From positions 122,116 to 186,115 of the forward strand of contig CALCLY010000036.1 of assembly GCA_937966555.1 (NCBI GenBank): DNA of 64,000 bases, given 5' to 3'. Of the stretch, positions 1 through 9,197 are shown in pieces (the first letter of the stretch is position 1; the number at the start of each line of letters is the position of its first letter). The stretch comes from an uncultured Clostridia bacterium (lineage in GTDB: Bacteria; Bacillota; Clostridia; UMGS1883; UMGS1540). The position numbers and the translations under genes were made by a program. Under the pieces are notes generated by a model. It was not told the DNA's origin and did not search any database. It worked only from the letters and a program-made list of their open reading frames with translations.

Positions 1-184
1 CATAATTTTCAATTAAATGCTTTTTATACTCCAAAACCTTTGCTTTTGAAAGCTCGCCCCCACAAAGCCACTCTGCAAAAGCTGTTAAATCACGAATATA
101 CTTTTCCGCCGTAGCTTTTGCTTTTTCCTCGCAAATAAGATACTCTTTGAATTTTTTTATTATTTTGTCTGTAATTTTTTTCAT
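1..184 (-). CDS. tyrosine recombinase/integrase, N-terminal fragment (gene continues past left edge)
   Basis: Not in the ORF track (too short). My translation from ATG 184-182 is MKKITDKIIKKFKEYLICEEKAKATAEKYIRDLTAFAEWLCGGELSKAKVLEYKKHLIENY. This fits the SAM-like N-terminal core-binding pattern of Firmicute XerC/D-type integrases. AAGGAG lies 10 nt upstream. Confidence 0.55.
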   Translation of the reverse strand, partial: MKKITDKIIKKFKEYLICEEKAKATAEKYIRDLTAFAEWLCGGELSKAKVLEYKKHLIENY

Positions 185-350
185 AGTCCGACAACTCCTT
201 TACTACTATTATTTTACCACTAACATAGTAATATCCCGTGAAGCTGTCAATAATTTGCCGTTTATAAATAAATTTCCGGTATAAAGTTTATTGAATAAGC
301 GGCAATTTGACAAATGTACGGATTTTCAGATATAAATTAATGTCTACTGA

Positions 351-588
351 ACAAATGGTTTTGCGAAACCATTTGTGTGAAACCTTCGGTTTCACACCTA
401 AAAACAGCATAAGAATGCCGTTTTTAGGTTCACAACATTGATTTAATTACTGTTTCAAGTCAACTGTCGGGGGACGACAGCCGACTTGAAAGTGCAAGAC
501 TTTTGGCAAAAAAGCACAAAATCCTTGCACTTGAACAATTACAAAATGCCGAAAAAATTAGTATATGAGTGCATTTTGTAATTGTTCA
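351..588. other. array of six consecutive stem-loops (non-coding)
   Basis: Inverted repeats read directly: 351-360/366-375 (10 bp); 375-384/388-397 (10 bp); 397-405/420-428 (9 bp, plus inner 407-410/415-418); 453-461/483-491 with nested 464-469/475-480; 492-498/524-530 (7 bp); 532-549/571-588 (18 bp perfect). Confidence 0.7.
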
Positions 589-602
589 GCAGCCATTAAA
601 TT

Positions 603-650
603 AAGCCCGAATATGCAAGCTGACATTTGCTTGTATATTCGGGCTTTTTC
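603..650. terminator. bidirectional rho-independent terminator downstream of the sigma-factor gene
   Basis: Stem AAGCCCGAATATGCAAGC (603-620) pairs with GCTTGTATATTCGGGCTT (629-646) with one G-T pair. TTTTT follows on the plus strand and a T-rich run follows on the minus strand. Confidence 0.6.
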
Positions 651-658
651 TGTTTGTG

Positions 659-1522
659 TCACCAATTACTTTTTATATATTTTCGCAATTTTTCATATGC
701 TCGGTTTACCTCATTTTCAGCAGTCTGTGCCGAGGTTAATTCGTTTTCAATTGCTATTTCCTGATATGTTTTCGACTTTTTCGTAAATCTCAGGCATTCC
801 GGGCATAAGCCGAGATGTGAATATATCATTTCCCGCTCTCTGTAACCGAGCTTTGCAAACGCTTCTTTCAGGAGCTTGTGTAATTCAATTCTCATAAGTA
901 TGTCAAGTGGTTCGGTGGTATAATCGGTAGTTACATCATCCTGTGTGTCATCATCTTCATCGGCATATTTTCTGTAAAAATCAACAATGTTTGTACTCTC
1001 AAGTCCTGCCGTAATAATTTCCGACACATATTGTTCCGAACGCTTGACTTCTTCTGTAATTTTAGATATTGCTTCATTACTGCTGCCGTACCGATAATAC
1101 AAATGCATTATTTTTCGTAAATTTCTGTATGTGGTTTGGCTGCTGCCCGAAAACCCGGTACGCATTGTGCGTATGTAATTATGCACCTCGTTCCACATTA
1201 TACGGACTTTATAGGTTATGAATTGCCCGTCTTTCGATTTATTATAGCTTTTTAGTGCTTTGTATATTCCGCTAACGCATTCCTGCTTTATATCCGCAAA
1301 ATGCCCGTACATAGCATATCTTTGAACAATGTCTGTTACAGTATCATTCAAAACTGGCTCATAATAATGCAAAAACCACATAAGATATTTTTCATCGTTT
1401 TCCGCAAAATATAAATCTATGTATTCCTGAAAATCATCTTTTTTCGGCGGTGCCGGACTCAAACGATAAATATATAGCTCTTTCTCCCATTCCTTCACGG
1501 CACTCACCTCTCTTTCAGCCAT
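659..1522 (-). CDS. sigma-70 family RNA polymerase sigma factor (mobile-element type)
   Basis: 287 aa. The central part looks like region 2 (YAMYGHFADIKQECVSGIYKALKSY). The C-terminus has a region-4-like HTH (YREREMIYSHLGL...KTYQEIAIENELTSAQTAENEVNRAYEKLRKY). The ATG sits 2 nt after the upstream stop, suggesting translational coupling. Confidence 0.6.
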   Translation of the reverse strand: MAEREVSAVKEWEKELYIYRLSPAPPKKDDFQEYIDLYFAENDEKYLMWFLHYYEPVLNDTVTDIVQRYAMYGHFADIKQECVSGIYKALKSYNKSKDGQFITYKVRIMWNEVHNYIRTMRTGFSGSSQTTYRNLRKIMHLYYRYGSSNEAISKITEEVKRSEQYVSEIITAGLESTNIVDFYRKYADEDDDTQDDVTTDYTTEPLDILMRIELHKLLKEAFAKLGYREREMIYSHLGLCPECLRFTKKSKTYQEIAIENELTSAQTAENEVNRAYEKLRKYIKSNW

Positions 1523-1524
1523 TT

Positions 1525-2748
1525 TTATACCGTAACACCTTTTTCGACCGCTTTATATAAATTGTGTTTCTCCATATCGTGCTCAAAATCTTCTGCCGTG
1601 TAATTATCGTCACGGCGAAATTTATGCTTTAAGTCCTTTGCCAGTCTTTTTGCTTTTTCCGCAAATTCCTCCGATATAACTCCCTGCGACTTTTCGGCAC
1701 GGATACAACTGCACCGCCTGTTATAAATATCCGTAATTTTATCATTTTTCGCAAGCTCCTTTTGGTTGTTCTTCGCCGCAAACTTTCTGCAAGTGATTCT
1801 TTCGCCGTCGGTAAGTTCAAGCGGCGCAAAACCCATACAATACTTTTGCTTTCTCGCATTTTCCATAAGGAAGTATGTTTCGCAAATTTCGCATTGCCTC
1901 GGATAATGTCCAAACAAAAGTCCTTCAAAGAAATCAGTTAGGATAAAGCTGTAAAATGTTTCAAAATGAAGCCTTTTTACCAACGCTTTCTTATTGCCCT
2001 TTGGAACGGCAATATATTCGGTTGTTATGTTAAATTGGGCTTTATCAAAAATTTTGTTTGCAAGTGTTAAAAGCTCACTTTCGTTGTAATGCTCCAAATC
2101 ATCCAAGCTCCAAACAAACTCCGTCAAATGTTCAAATGCTTTCATCATATCGTTACCGATATTTTCGTAAAATCTCAATATCCGTATTACAAATCCGATA
2201 AATTCGTTTGCCTTTTTTGAAAGCTCCGCATATCCGTCGGGTAGTATGTCAAGCAGCATTGCACCCTCATCTTGCGTGGATACCTTTGCTCTTTGCCTAT
2301 AATAGTCCAATATGAAGTCTGCATTTTCCTTTGTAAAGGTTTCGGATATTGTTTTTCTCTCGCTTTCAATATCCAGATAGCAGAACGGACTGAAATTTGG
2401 GAGTACATCAAGAATATACAAAATCTCTTTTCCAGTCCTTACAAATTCATAATCGTTTATATAACCTCTTTCCATTGAGGAGGACAATATGTGATTGTCA
2501 AAGGTCATTGCGGCTATCCTTGCACCGTTGTCATTTTCCTCATATCGGTTAAGAAAATCGACGGCAAAACTGCCGACAGTAAATTTATTTTTGTCTATGA
2601 AGGTAAACTTATCTCTGTAATCAACTGTGAAAAACTCTATTTTATCCGGCATATCGAACACCTCAAAACTTTTCAATTTTTTTTGCAAACTTTTATTGCG
2701 AAATATATTTCGTATATCTATTATACCATAACTTTGCTTGTATTTCAA
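1525..2748 (-). CDS. DUF6076-like protein with Cys cluster (family name from memory)
   Basis: 407 aa. C-terminal motif CEICETYF..QKYC..ITCRKFAA. A paralogous C-terminal domain occurs at 14373-15005. The track start is TTG 2748 with no clear RBS. An alternative ATG at 2652 is preceded by GAGGTG. Confidence 0.45.
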   Translation of the reverse strand: MKYKQSYGIIDIRNIFRNKSLQKKLKSFEVFDMPDKIEFFTVDYRDKFTFIDKNKFTVGSFAVDFLNRYEENDNGARIAAMTFDNHILSSSMERGYINDYEFVRTGKEILYILDVLPNFSPFCYLDIESERKTISETFTKENADFILDYYRQRAKVSTQDEGAMLLDILPDGYAELSKKANEFIGFVIRILRFYENIGNDMMKAFEHLTEFVWSLDDLEHYNESELLTLANKIFDKAQFNITTEYIAVPKGNKKALVKRLHFETFYSFILTDFFEGLLFGHYPRQCEICETYFLMENARKQKYCMGFAPLELTDGERITCRKFAAKNNQKELAKNDKITDIYNRRCSCIRAEKSQGVISEEFAEKAKRLAKDLKHKFRRDDNYTAEDFEHDMEKHNLYKAVEKGVTV

Positions 2749-2940
2749 GGGGTTTAGCTGATTGCGGTTTTTATTTTAATACACTTTCGCAATACTTACC
2801 TTTTTGTAAAATCCCTTACATTCTATATATCGGAAGGGGACAAGACAAGCCCTTTCAAATCTTTGAAATGAGATGTGATGCCTATGATTGTATCAATCTG
2901 ACACGAACAATACTAATATGAAAAACGGAGGAATTTAATT

Positions 2941-3237
2941 ATGGGAGCTTATTCAAAAAGGCAGTTTGCAAGGTCAGATTTTGACAGAACGGGATACGAA
3001 TTTAACGAAACAGAGGGAGTGTTTTCCGGAACACTCGTATGTAAAGCTTGGGGTAAAAAGTGTAACATTGTTTGTTATGCGGATTTAGATGACGGGAGAA
3101 AAATAATTTGCACCGCTTATCAAAAGCCGGGCAACTATTTTGGACTACCTGATATCGAGGTCGGTACAAGAATAATTCTTGAGTTCAAAAGAAGCAAACA
3201 AGGTAAAATGCGACTCAATTCAGTACGGGCAGAATAA
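2941..3237 (+). CDS. hypothetical protein (98 aa)
   Basis: ATG is preceded by GGAGG with a 9-nt spacer. No family recognized. Confidence 0.45.
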   Translation: MGAYSKRQFARSDFDRTGYEFNETEGVFSGTLVCKAWGKKCNIVCYADLDDGRKIICTAYQKPGNYFGLPDIEVGTRIILEFKRSKQGKMRLNSVRAE

Positions 3238-3289
3238 CTGTCCTGTACTGTAACGAGCAGGGAGCTTGTATTGCACAAACTCCGAAAAC

Positions 3290-3339
3290 GGCGAGAGTTC
3301 TTAATGAACTCCCGCCGATGATTTTAGGGAGAACCCTAA
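3290..3339 (+). promoter_or_regulatory. candidate oriT inverted repeats upstream of mobC
   Basis: GGCGAGAGTTC (3290-3300) and GAACTCCCGCC (3306-3316) form an inverted repeat with one mismatch. TTAGGG (3324-3329) and CCCTAA (3334-3339) form a second. Assignment rests on position just 5' of the mobC-relaxase pair. Confidence 0.3.
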
Positions 3340-3376
3340 TACCCCGAACAAAATTTTAATAGCAGGAGATGATTTT

Positions 3377-3664
3377 ATGAATGAGAGAACAACCGCAATT
3401 TATGTGCGTGTTACCGAAAAAGAAAAATCACGCATAAAACAAAAAGCAGACAAGTGCGGTTTATCGCAATCGGAGTATTTAAGAAAGAGAGCTTTGGGAT
3501 ATTCGCCCAAAGCTCTTTTGCCGGAAAGCTTTTATGAATTTTCGAGTAAGCTCGGCGAAGTGTATGAGCAAATCAACAAGGAATATAACACAGAAGTTGA
3601 GGAAAAACTTTTATCCCTGCTTGATGAAATTCAGCTAAAGCTACTGACACCCGAAAACGAATAA
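3377..3664 (+). CDS. mobC: MobC-type relaxosome accessory protein
   Basis: 95 aa. N-terminus looks ribbon-helix-helix (RTTAIYVRVTEKEKSRIKQKADKCGLSQSEYLRKRALG). It lies immediately upstream of the relaxase. RBS AGGAG. Confidence 0.75.
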   Translation: MNERTTAIYVRVTEKEKSRIKQKADKCGLSQSEYLRKRALGYSPKALLPESFYEFSSKLGEVYEQINKEYNTEVEEKLLSLLDEIQLKLLTPENE

Positions 3665-3671
3665 AGGAGGT

Positions 3672-5048
3672 ATGCGTGACGTGGCTACAACAGGATTTTG
3701 GCCCGTTAAGGGCAGTTTGAAAGATGTTGTAAATTATGCGGATAACCCCGATAAAACCACCAATTCGAAATACCTCAATAAAGATTTGGCAAACGCACTT
3801 AAATATGTCGAAAACGATAGTAAAACGGATATGAAAATGTTTGTAAGCGGAATCAACTGCCCGACGGTTAGGGCTTATGAACAGATGATGGTAACAAAAC
3901 GCCGTTACGGAAAACTTGGTGGAAATGTTGCATATCACGGTTATCAAAGCTTTAAATCAGGCGAAGTCACTCCCAAAGAAGCACATAAAATCGGCATTGA
4001 AACCGCAAAGCGTATGTGGGGCGGAAACTACGAAATCGTTGTCACAACGCACCTCAATACCGAAAATATCCATAATCATTTTGTAGTCAATTCAGTATCG
4101 TTTAAGACGGGTCGGAAATTTGAAAATCATATTTCAGATCATATCCGTCTGCGTGAAATTTCTGACGTGGTATGCAAGGAATTTAACAAATCGGTAATTG
4201 AAAACGCAAAATTTTATAACAGCGATAAAAAATCATATTGGATACACAAGCAAGGCAAGAAAACACATCGGGATATTTTGCGTGACGATGTGGATTTTGC
4301 GGTTAAAACCTCCGGAAATCTTATGGAATTTGAGCGGATAATGATAAATATGGGATATTCGTTTAATCGAAATATTATGTCGGCACACCCGTCTGTTATT
4401 GCTAAAGGCTGGCAAAGACCTGTTCGCATTGATAGCTTGGGAGAAGAATATTCAACCGAAGGGCTTGTAAAACGAATTGCGGATAACAAGATTTTTGTAA
4501 GCTCTTTCGCCAAAAGCGAGCGAGTACACAAAACAAAGCCAAAGCATACGCCGTTTGCGGAAATGGAATATCAACTGCGGCGGGTAAAATATATGGACAC
4601 ATTAGAGGCTATGTTTTATCTACTCTTAGAGTTGTTAAAACCGTCAAATCCTACCACTAATTACAAGCCACCTTTATCTCCGTTTATGCGTGAGGAAATA
4701 AGAAAGTTTGAACAATACCAAAAGCAGTTCAAGCTCTTGCACGATGAAAAAATCAACACCGTGTCGGAGCTTGAATTTTTTATATCCGACCTATCCAAAC
4801 AGATTAACGATTTGGAAAAGGAACGCTCAAATGCCGATAACAAACGCAGACGAGCCACAACAGATGCGGACAAGAAAATGTATAAGTCTGAAATCAGGGA
4901 TATATCCGCAAAGATAAAACCTATAAGAGAAAAACTGAAAATTGCCAAATCCACATTAGAGTCTGTGCCAAAAGTACAAGAACTGCTTAATATTGAGCGA
5001 GATATGGAAAACAAAATTTTACACAAAGAGAGGAGCAAAATACGATGA
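3672..5048 (+). CDS. MobA/VirD2-family relaxase (mobilization nuclease)
   Basis: N-terminus ATTGFWPVKGSLKDVVNYADNPDKT. His-rich metal motif HLNTENIHNHFVVNSV. C-terminal coiled coil. ATG 3672 is only 1 nt from GGAGG, so the in-frame GTG 3681 (MATTG...) may be the true start. Confidence 0.85.
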   Translation: MRDVATTGFWPVKGSLKDVVNYADNPDKTTNSKYLNKDLANALKYVENDSKTDMKMFVSGINCPTVRAYEQMMVTKRRYGKLGGNVAYHGYQSFKSGEVTPKEAHKIGIETAKRMWGGNYEIVVTTHLNTENIHNHFVVNSVSFKTGRKFENHISDHIRLREISDVVCKEFNKSVIENAKFYNSDKKSYWIHKQGKKTHRDILRDDVDFAVKTSGNLMEFERIMINMGYSFNRNIMSAHPSVIAKGWQRPVRIDSLGEEYSTEGLVKRIADNKIFVSSFAKSERVHKTKPKHTPFAEMEYQLRRVKYMDTLEAMFYLLLELLKPSNPTTNYKPPLSPFMREEIRKFEQYQKQFKLLHDEKINTVSELEFFISDLSKQINDLEKERSNADNKRRRATTDADKKMYKSEIRDISAKIKPIREKLKIAKSTLESVPKVQELLNIERDMENKILHKERSKIR

Positions 5049-5890
5049 AAAATATTACATATATAGAAATTGAAAAATTGAAACCATTTGAAAATCATCC
5101 TTATAAGGTTGTGGAGAATGAAGAAATGAACAATTTAACGCAAAGCATTAAAGAAAACGGAATTTTATCACCGTTTATTGTGCGACCTATCGAAAATGGC
5201 GAATATGAAATAGTATCGGGGCATCGCAGACTATTTGCAGGCAAACAGGCAGGACTTACGAAAATTCCGGCAATAGTATGTGAAATGGATAGAGATACTG
5301 CCGCTATTACATTGGTTGACAGCAATCTTCATAGAGAAAATATTTTACCAAGCGAAAAAGCATTCGCATATAAGCTGAAGGCAGAGGCTTTATCTCATCA
5401 AGGCAAACGCACAGATTTAACTTTGGAGCAAGTTGCACCGAAGTTAAGTACGGAAACAATCGGCGAAAGCGAAAATATAAGTAAGGATACCGTAAAGCGA
5501 TACATACGCTTGACCAAGCTTTTGCCAAAATTGTTGGAACTCGTTGATGAGGCGCGAATTGCTTTCACTCCGGCAGTCGAGCTTTCCTATCTAAATGACA
5601 TCGAGCAACAGGATTTAATTGAAATAATCGAAAGCGAGGATTGCACTCCGTCATTATCACAGGCGGTGCGTATGAAAAAGTTAAGTCAACAAGGACTACT
5701 TACAGACGATAAAATCCTTGAAATTATGTCGGAGGAAAAGGCAAATCAAAAGGAACGAATAAAAATTCCAACAGAGCGAGTGCGAAAATTCTTTCCCCAA
5801 AGTTACAGCACATCGCAAATTGAAGAAGCAATTATTAAACTGTGCGAAACGCATTATCGCAAAAAACAGCGGCAGCAACAAGAAAGGTAA
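5045..5890 (+). CDS. ParB/Spo0J-like nuclease-domain protein
   Basis: ParB N-terminal motifs LKPFENHPY and EIVSGHRRLFAGKQAGLTKIPA. ATGA overlap with the relaxase stop. Confidence 0.85.
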   Translation: MKNITYIEIEKLKPFENHPYKVVENEEMNNLTQSIKENGILSPFIVRPIENGEYEIVSGHRRLFAGKQAGLTKIPAIVCEMDRDTAAITLVDSNLHRENILPSEKAFAYKLKAEALSHQGKRTDLTLEQVAPKLSTETIGESENISKDTVKRYIRLTKLLPKLLELVDEARIAFTPAVELSYLNDIEQQDLIEIIESEDCTPSLSQAVRMKKLSQQGLLTDDKILEIMSEEKANQKERIKIPTERVRKFFPQSYSTSQIEEAIIKLCETHYRKKQRQQQER

Positions 5891-5902
5891 GGTGAGTTTT
5901 AT

Positions 5903-6085
5903 ATGACAAAACAAGCTAACAGTCTATACGAGTTTTTTTCTCCGACTTTAGATAAGGACAATTTGGATTTTGAATTAAAAATCGGCGGTACAACCTACGA
6001 GATATGCACTCGCTTTAATATCAATGGCAAACAAAGCATATTGGAGCAGTTCAAAAACTTGATTTTATCAGAAAATTTGATTTAA
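5903..6085 (+). CDS. TnpW-like small transposon protein
   Basis: 60 aa. KIGGTTYEICTRFNINGKQSILEQFKNLILSE resembles the (R/K)IGxTTYEV..F....KE..E.K...LI pattern I recall for Tn4451-type TnpW. It lies directly upstream of the serine recombinase. Confidence 0.5.
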   Translation: MTKQANSLYEFFSPTLDKDNLDFELKIGGTTYEICTRFNINGKQSILEQFKNLILSENLI

Positions 6086-6168
6086 TACATTCGACAATTT
6101 GTGTCGGGCATAGTAAAATAGCAATGAAGCCTTTGCTATGCCCGGTTGTCGGAAAGGAGAAACGAATT

Positions 6169-7860
6169 ATGACAACTCAAAATATTATAGGGCAAACAAC
6201 AGAAGAAATAACTGCATTGTACGGAAGATTATCACAAGATGACGGTTTGGAGGGCGAAAGCAACAGCATATTCAATCAAAAAGAAATTCTGATGAAATAT
6301 GCAAAAGAGCACAATCTGAAAAATCTGAGATTTTTTATTGATGACGGAATTTCAGGTACAACCTTTGAGCGAAGCGGCTTTAAGGAAATGCAAGCACTTG
6401 CAGAAGCCGGAATTGTAAAAACTATTGTGGTAAAAGATTTATCCCGTTTCGGCAGAAACTACATTGAAGTCGGCGAATATCTTGAAATCAAATATCCCAC
6501 TCTCGGCGTAAGGTTTATATCTATTCAGGAAAATGTTGACACAATGCAAAACACAGGTGCGGAAATGATGCCGTTTCATAATATATTTAATGAATGGTAC
6601 GCCGCACAGACAAGCAAGAAAATTCGTGCCGTATGGCAGATGAAAGCCTCAAGCGGAAAGCGTGTCGGCTCATCTGTCCCTTACGGATATATGAAATCTC
6701 CCGAAGATAAGGAAAAATGGATAATTGATGAAGAAGCCGCAGAGGTTGTCAGAAAGATATTTTCACTATCTCTCTCCGGGCGAGGTATTTCACAAATCGC
6801 CCGTCAATTAGAGCAAGAAAAAATACTTATTCCTACGGCATATAAAATAGAAAAAGGATTATCCGCATCGCACAAGTATCCCGAAAAACCCTATTATTGG
6901 GATTCATCAACCGTTGCAGGAATAATTGATAACAGACAGTATACGGGATGTACTGTAAATTTCAAAACAACAACAGTAAGCTACAAAGTTCATAGGGTTA
7001 TACGTAAATCCGAAGATGAGCAGCAAATAATTCCTAACACACAAGAACCGATTATAGATGAGGACTTGTGGTTACGAGTTCAAGAGCTTCGTCAGCATAA
7101 GAGAAGACCGACATCTACGGGAAGGACAAGCCTGTTTTCGGGTTTGGTTTATTGCCCCGATTGCGGAGCAAAATTGCATTTTGCCGCCGCTAAGAGTATG
7201 ACAAGACAGCAGGAGCATTTCAGATGTTCAAATTACAAGAGCGGTCGGGGTGAATGTCAAATACATTTCATAAGAGATGTAGTTCTTGAAAAAATAGTAT
7301 TTGAAGCCATAAGCAACTTATCTGATTTTGTCAGATGTTATGAATCGGTATTTTTGTACTTGATGGCAACAAAAAATCAAACGTCAAGAAAAAGTAAGCT
7401 TCAAAAACTGAAAAGCAAGGTGGAAAACGAAAAAAGACGAATATCCGAGCTTGATGTGATTATTTCACGCATTTACGAGGACAATATTTTAGGCAAGATA
7501 AGCGATGAAAGATATTCCCGAATGTCTGTTATGTACGAAAACGAGCAAAAAGAGCTTATAAAAACAGTTTCCGCCGAAGAAAAAGAATTGGAAACAGCCG
7601 AGCAAAAAAATGTTGATATGCGGCTGCTGCTAAAAACGCTGCGAGAATTGACCGATTTTAAGGAGCTTACTCCGACAATCGTTAATTCTTTGATACAACG
7701 GATAGAAGTTCACAACAACGATAAGTATGATGGTCATTGCCACGTAAAAGTCGATATTTACTTTACTGCCGTGGGAATGATTGATGTTCCTGATGAAAAA
7801 GAAATATTGGATATAATAAATAAAATCCAAGATAATCCACAGATGTACAAGGTTGGATAA
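6169..7860 (+). CDS. large serine recombinase (TnpX-like, DUF4368-type C-terminus)
   Basis: Resolvase catalytic domain (YGRLSQDDGLEGESNSI..., VVKDLSRFGRNY). Zn-ribbon CPDCGAKLHF..FRCSNY. C-terminal coiled coil and IQRIEVH tail. Start moved to ATG 6169 (GGAGA RBS) from the track start at 6124. Confidence 0.9.
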   Translation: MTTQNIIGQTTEEITALYGRLSQDDGLEGESNSIFNQKEILMKYAKEHNLKNLRFFIDDGISGTTFERSGFKEMQALAEAGIVKTIVVKDLSRFGRNYIEVGEYLEIKYPTLGVRFISIQENVDTMQNTGAEMMPFHNIFNEWYAAQTSKKIRAVWQMKASSGKRVGSSVPYGYMKSPEDKEKWIIDEEAAEVVRKIFSLSLSGRGISQIARQLEQEKILIPTAYKIEKGLSASHKYPEKPYYWDSSTVAGIIDNRQYTGCTVNFKTTTVSYKVHRVIRKSEDEQQIIPNTQEPIIDEDLWLRVQELRQHKRRPTSTGRTSLFSGLVYCPDCGAKLHFAAAKSMTRQQEHFRCSNYKSGRGECQIHFIRDVVLEKIVFEAISNLSDFVRCYESVFLYLMATKNQTSRKSKLQKLKSKVENEKRRISELDVIISRIYEDNILGKISDERYSRMSVMYENEQKELIKTVSAEEKELETAEQKNVDMRLLLKTLRELTDFKELTPTIVNSLIQRIEVHNNDKYDGHCHVKVDIYFTAVGMIDVPDEKEILDIINKIQDNPQMYKVG

Positions 7861-7976
7861 CAAGGAAAATGGAGTAGCTCCTTGATTTTGGAACTACTCC
7901 ATAAAAAACTTCCTTATCTGGCGTTGGCAAACGTCAACCGACTTTTTAAACAGCCCCTTTTCGTTTTTTTTATTTA

Positions 7977-9179
7977 TTATTTATTTACTATTCTTAAAGT
8001 TTCCCTTGCTATGGCAAGCTCTTCGTTTGTGGGAAGGAGGAGAACTTTAACTTTCGAATCGGGTGCGGAAATTACGCGTCTTTCGCCTTTTACGTTATTT
8101 GCTTCGTCATCGATTTTAACACCGAGGTATCCGAGATAATCATCGCAAATAAGTTTGCGTGCTTTTATATCGTTTTCGCCGACACCTGCCGTAAATGCGA
8201 TAGCGTCAACACCATTCATTGCAGCGGCATATGCGCCGATGTATTTTGCAACTCTGTATCTGAAAGCTTCAAGAGCCGCTTCTGCCTGATGGTTACCAGC
8301 TGCCGCAGCTTTGTCAACATCGCGGAAGTCGGAAGAAATGCCGCCGCTCATGCCCAGGATACCGGACTTTTTGTTGAGTATATTGAGCATTTCGTTAATG
8401 TCGATTCCTTCATGATTGCAGATAAACTGAAGCGCAGCGGGGTCAATGTCGCCGGAGCGAGTTCCCATGATAAGTCCCTCCAAAGGAGTGAGACCCATTG
8501 ATGTGTCAACACATTTGCCGCCTATGGAAGCAGATATGCTCGCGCCGTTTCCGAGATGGCATACGATAACTTTAGCTTTGTCGGGATCAAGGTTTGCCAT
8601 TTTTATAGCTTCGCCCGAAACAAACATATGGCTTGTGCCATGGAAGCCATAGCGGCGGAGCTTGTATTTTTTATAATAATTATAGGGGATAGCATAAAGA
8701 TATGCTTTTTCTTCCATTGACATGCCGAACGCCGTGTCAAATACAGCAACGTTGGGCTTACCCGGCATTGCTGCTTCGCATGCTTCAATACCTATAAGGT
8801 TTGCGGGGTTGTGAAGCGGTCCCAAATCAAAACACTCACGGATGACTTTTTTAACGTCCTCGTCAACCTGAATTGATTCCGTATATGTATTTCCGCCGTG
8901 GAGTACACGGTGACCGATGGCATAAATATCGGAAGTGTCTGCGATAACACCGTGCTCTTTATCCGTGAGCGCATCAAGAACCAATTTTATTGCATCTTTG
9001 TGCGAGGGCATGGGTGTTTCGGTTTCGTATTTGTCCTTGCCTGTGGGCTTATGCGTGAGTTTCGAGCCGTTTATGCCGATTCTTTCGCAAAGACCTTTTG
9101 CAAGAACCTGTTCGCTTTCGCTGTCAATAAGCTGATACTTAAGCGAAGAACTTCCGCAGTTTACTATGAATATTTTCAT
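7977..9179 (-). CDS. ackA: acetate kinase
   Basis: MKIFIVNCGSSSLKYQL N-terminus and conserved C-terminus PTNEELAIARETL. Start set to ATG 9179 (GGAG with 6-nt spacer); the track start is an upstream TTG. Confidence 0.95.
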   Translation of the reverse strand: MKIFIVNCGSSSLKYQLIDSESEQVLAKGLCERIGINGSKLTHKPTGKDKYETETPMPSHKDAIKLVLDALTDKEHGVIADTSDIYAIGHRVLHGGNTYTESIQVDEDVKKVIRECFDLGPLHNPANLIGIEACEAAMPGKPNVAVFDTAFGMSMEEKAYLYAIPYNYYKKYKLRRYGFHGTSHMFVSGEAIKMANLDPDKAKVIVCHLGNGASISASIGGKCVDTSMGLTPLEGLIMGTRSGDIDPAALQFICNHEGIDINEMLNILNKKSGILGMSGGISSDFRDVDKAAAAGNHQAEAALEAFRYRVAKYIGAYAAAMNGVDAIAFTAGVGENDIKARKLICDDYLGYLGVKIDDEANNVKGERRVISAPDSKVKVLLLPTNEELAIARETLRIVNK

Positions 9180-9197
9180 GTTTTTCTCCTTCAAAAA

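Larger units (their letters stand above)
1..7932. mobile_element. integrated mobilizable element (Tn4451/TnpX-like IME), right-hand portion; left end outside window
   Basis: Gene content is integrase, sigma factor, DUF6076-like, mobC, relaxase, parB-like, tnpW-like and serine recombinase. The right boundary is inferred where identity to the intact terminator copy at 62252-62275 begins (7933). Confidence 0.6.

Noticed and set aside
7882-8139. Similar peptides MASSSFVG.. (7882-8139 plus) and MASSSFVRE.. (58883 plus) suggesting a conserved small protein
   Set aside because: Both are antisense translations of acetate-kinase 3' ends (the real ackA and its remnant). The similarity comes from the ackA sequence on the opposite strand.
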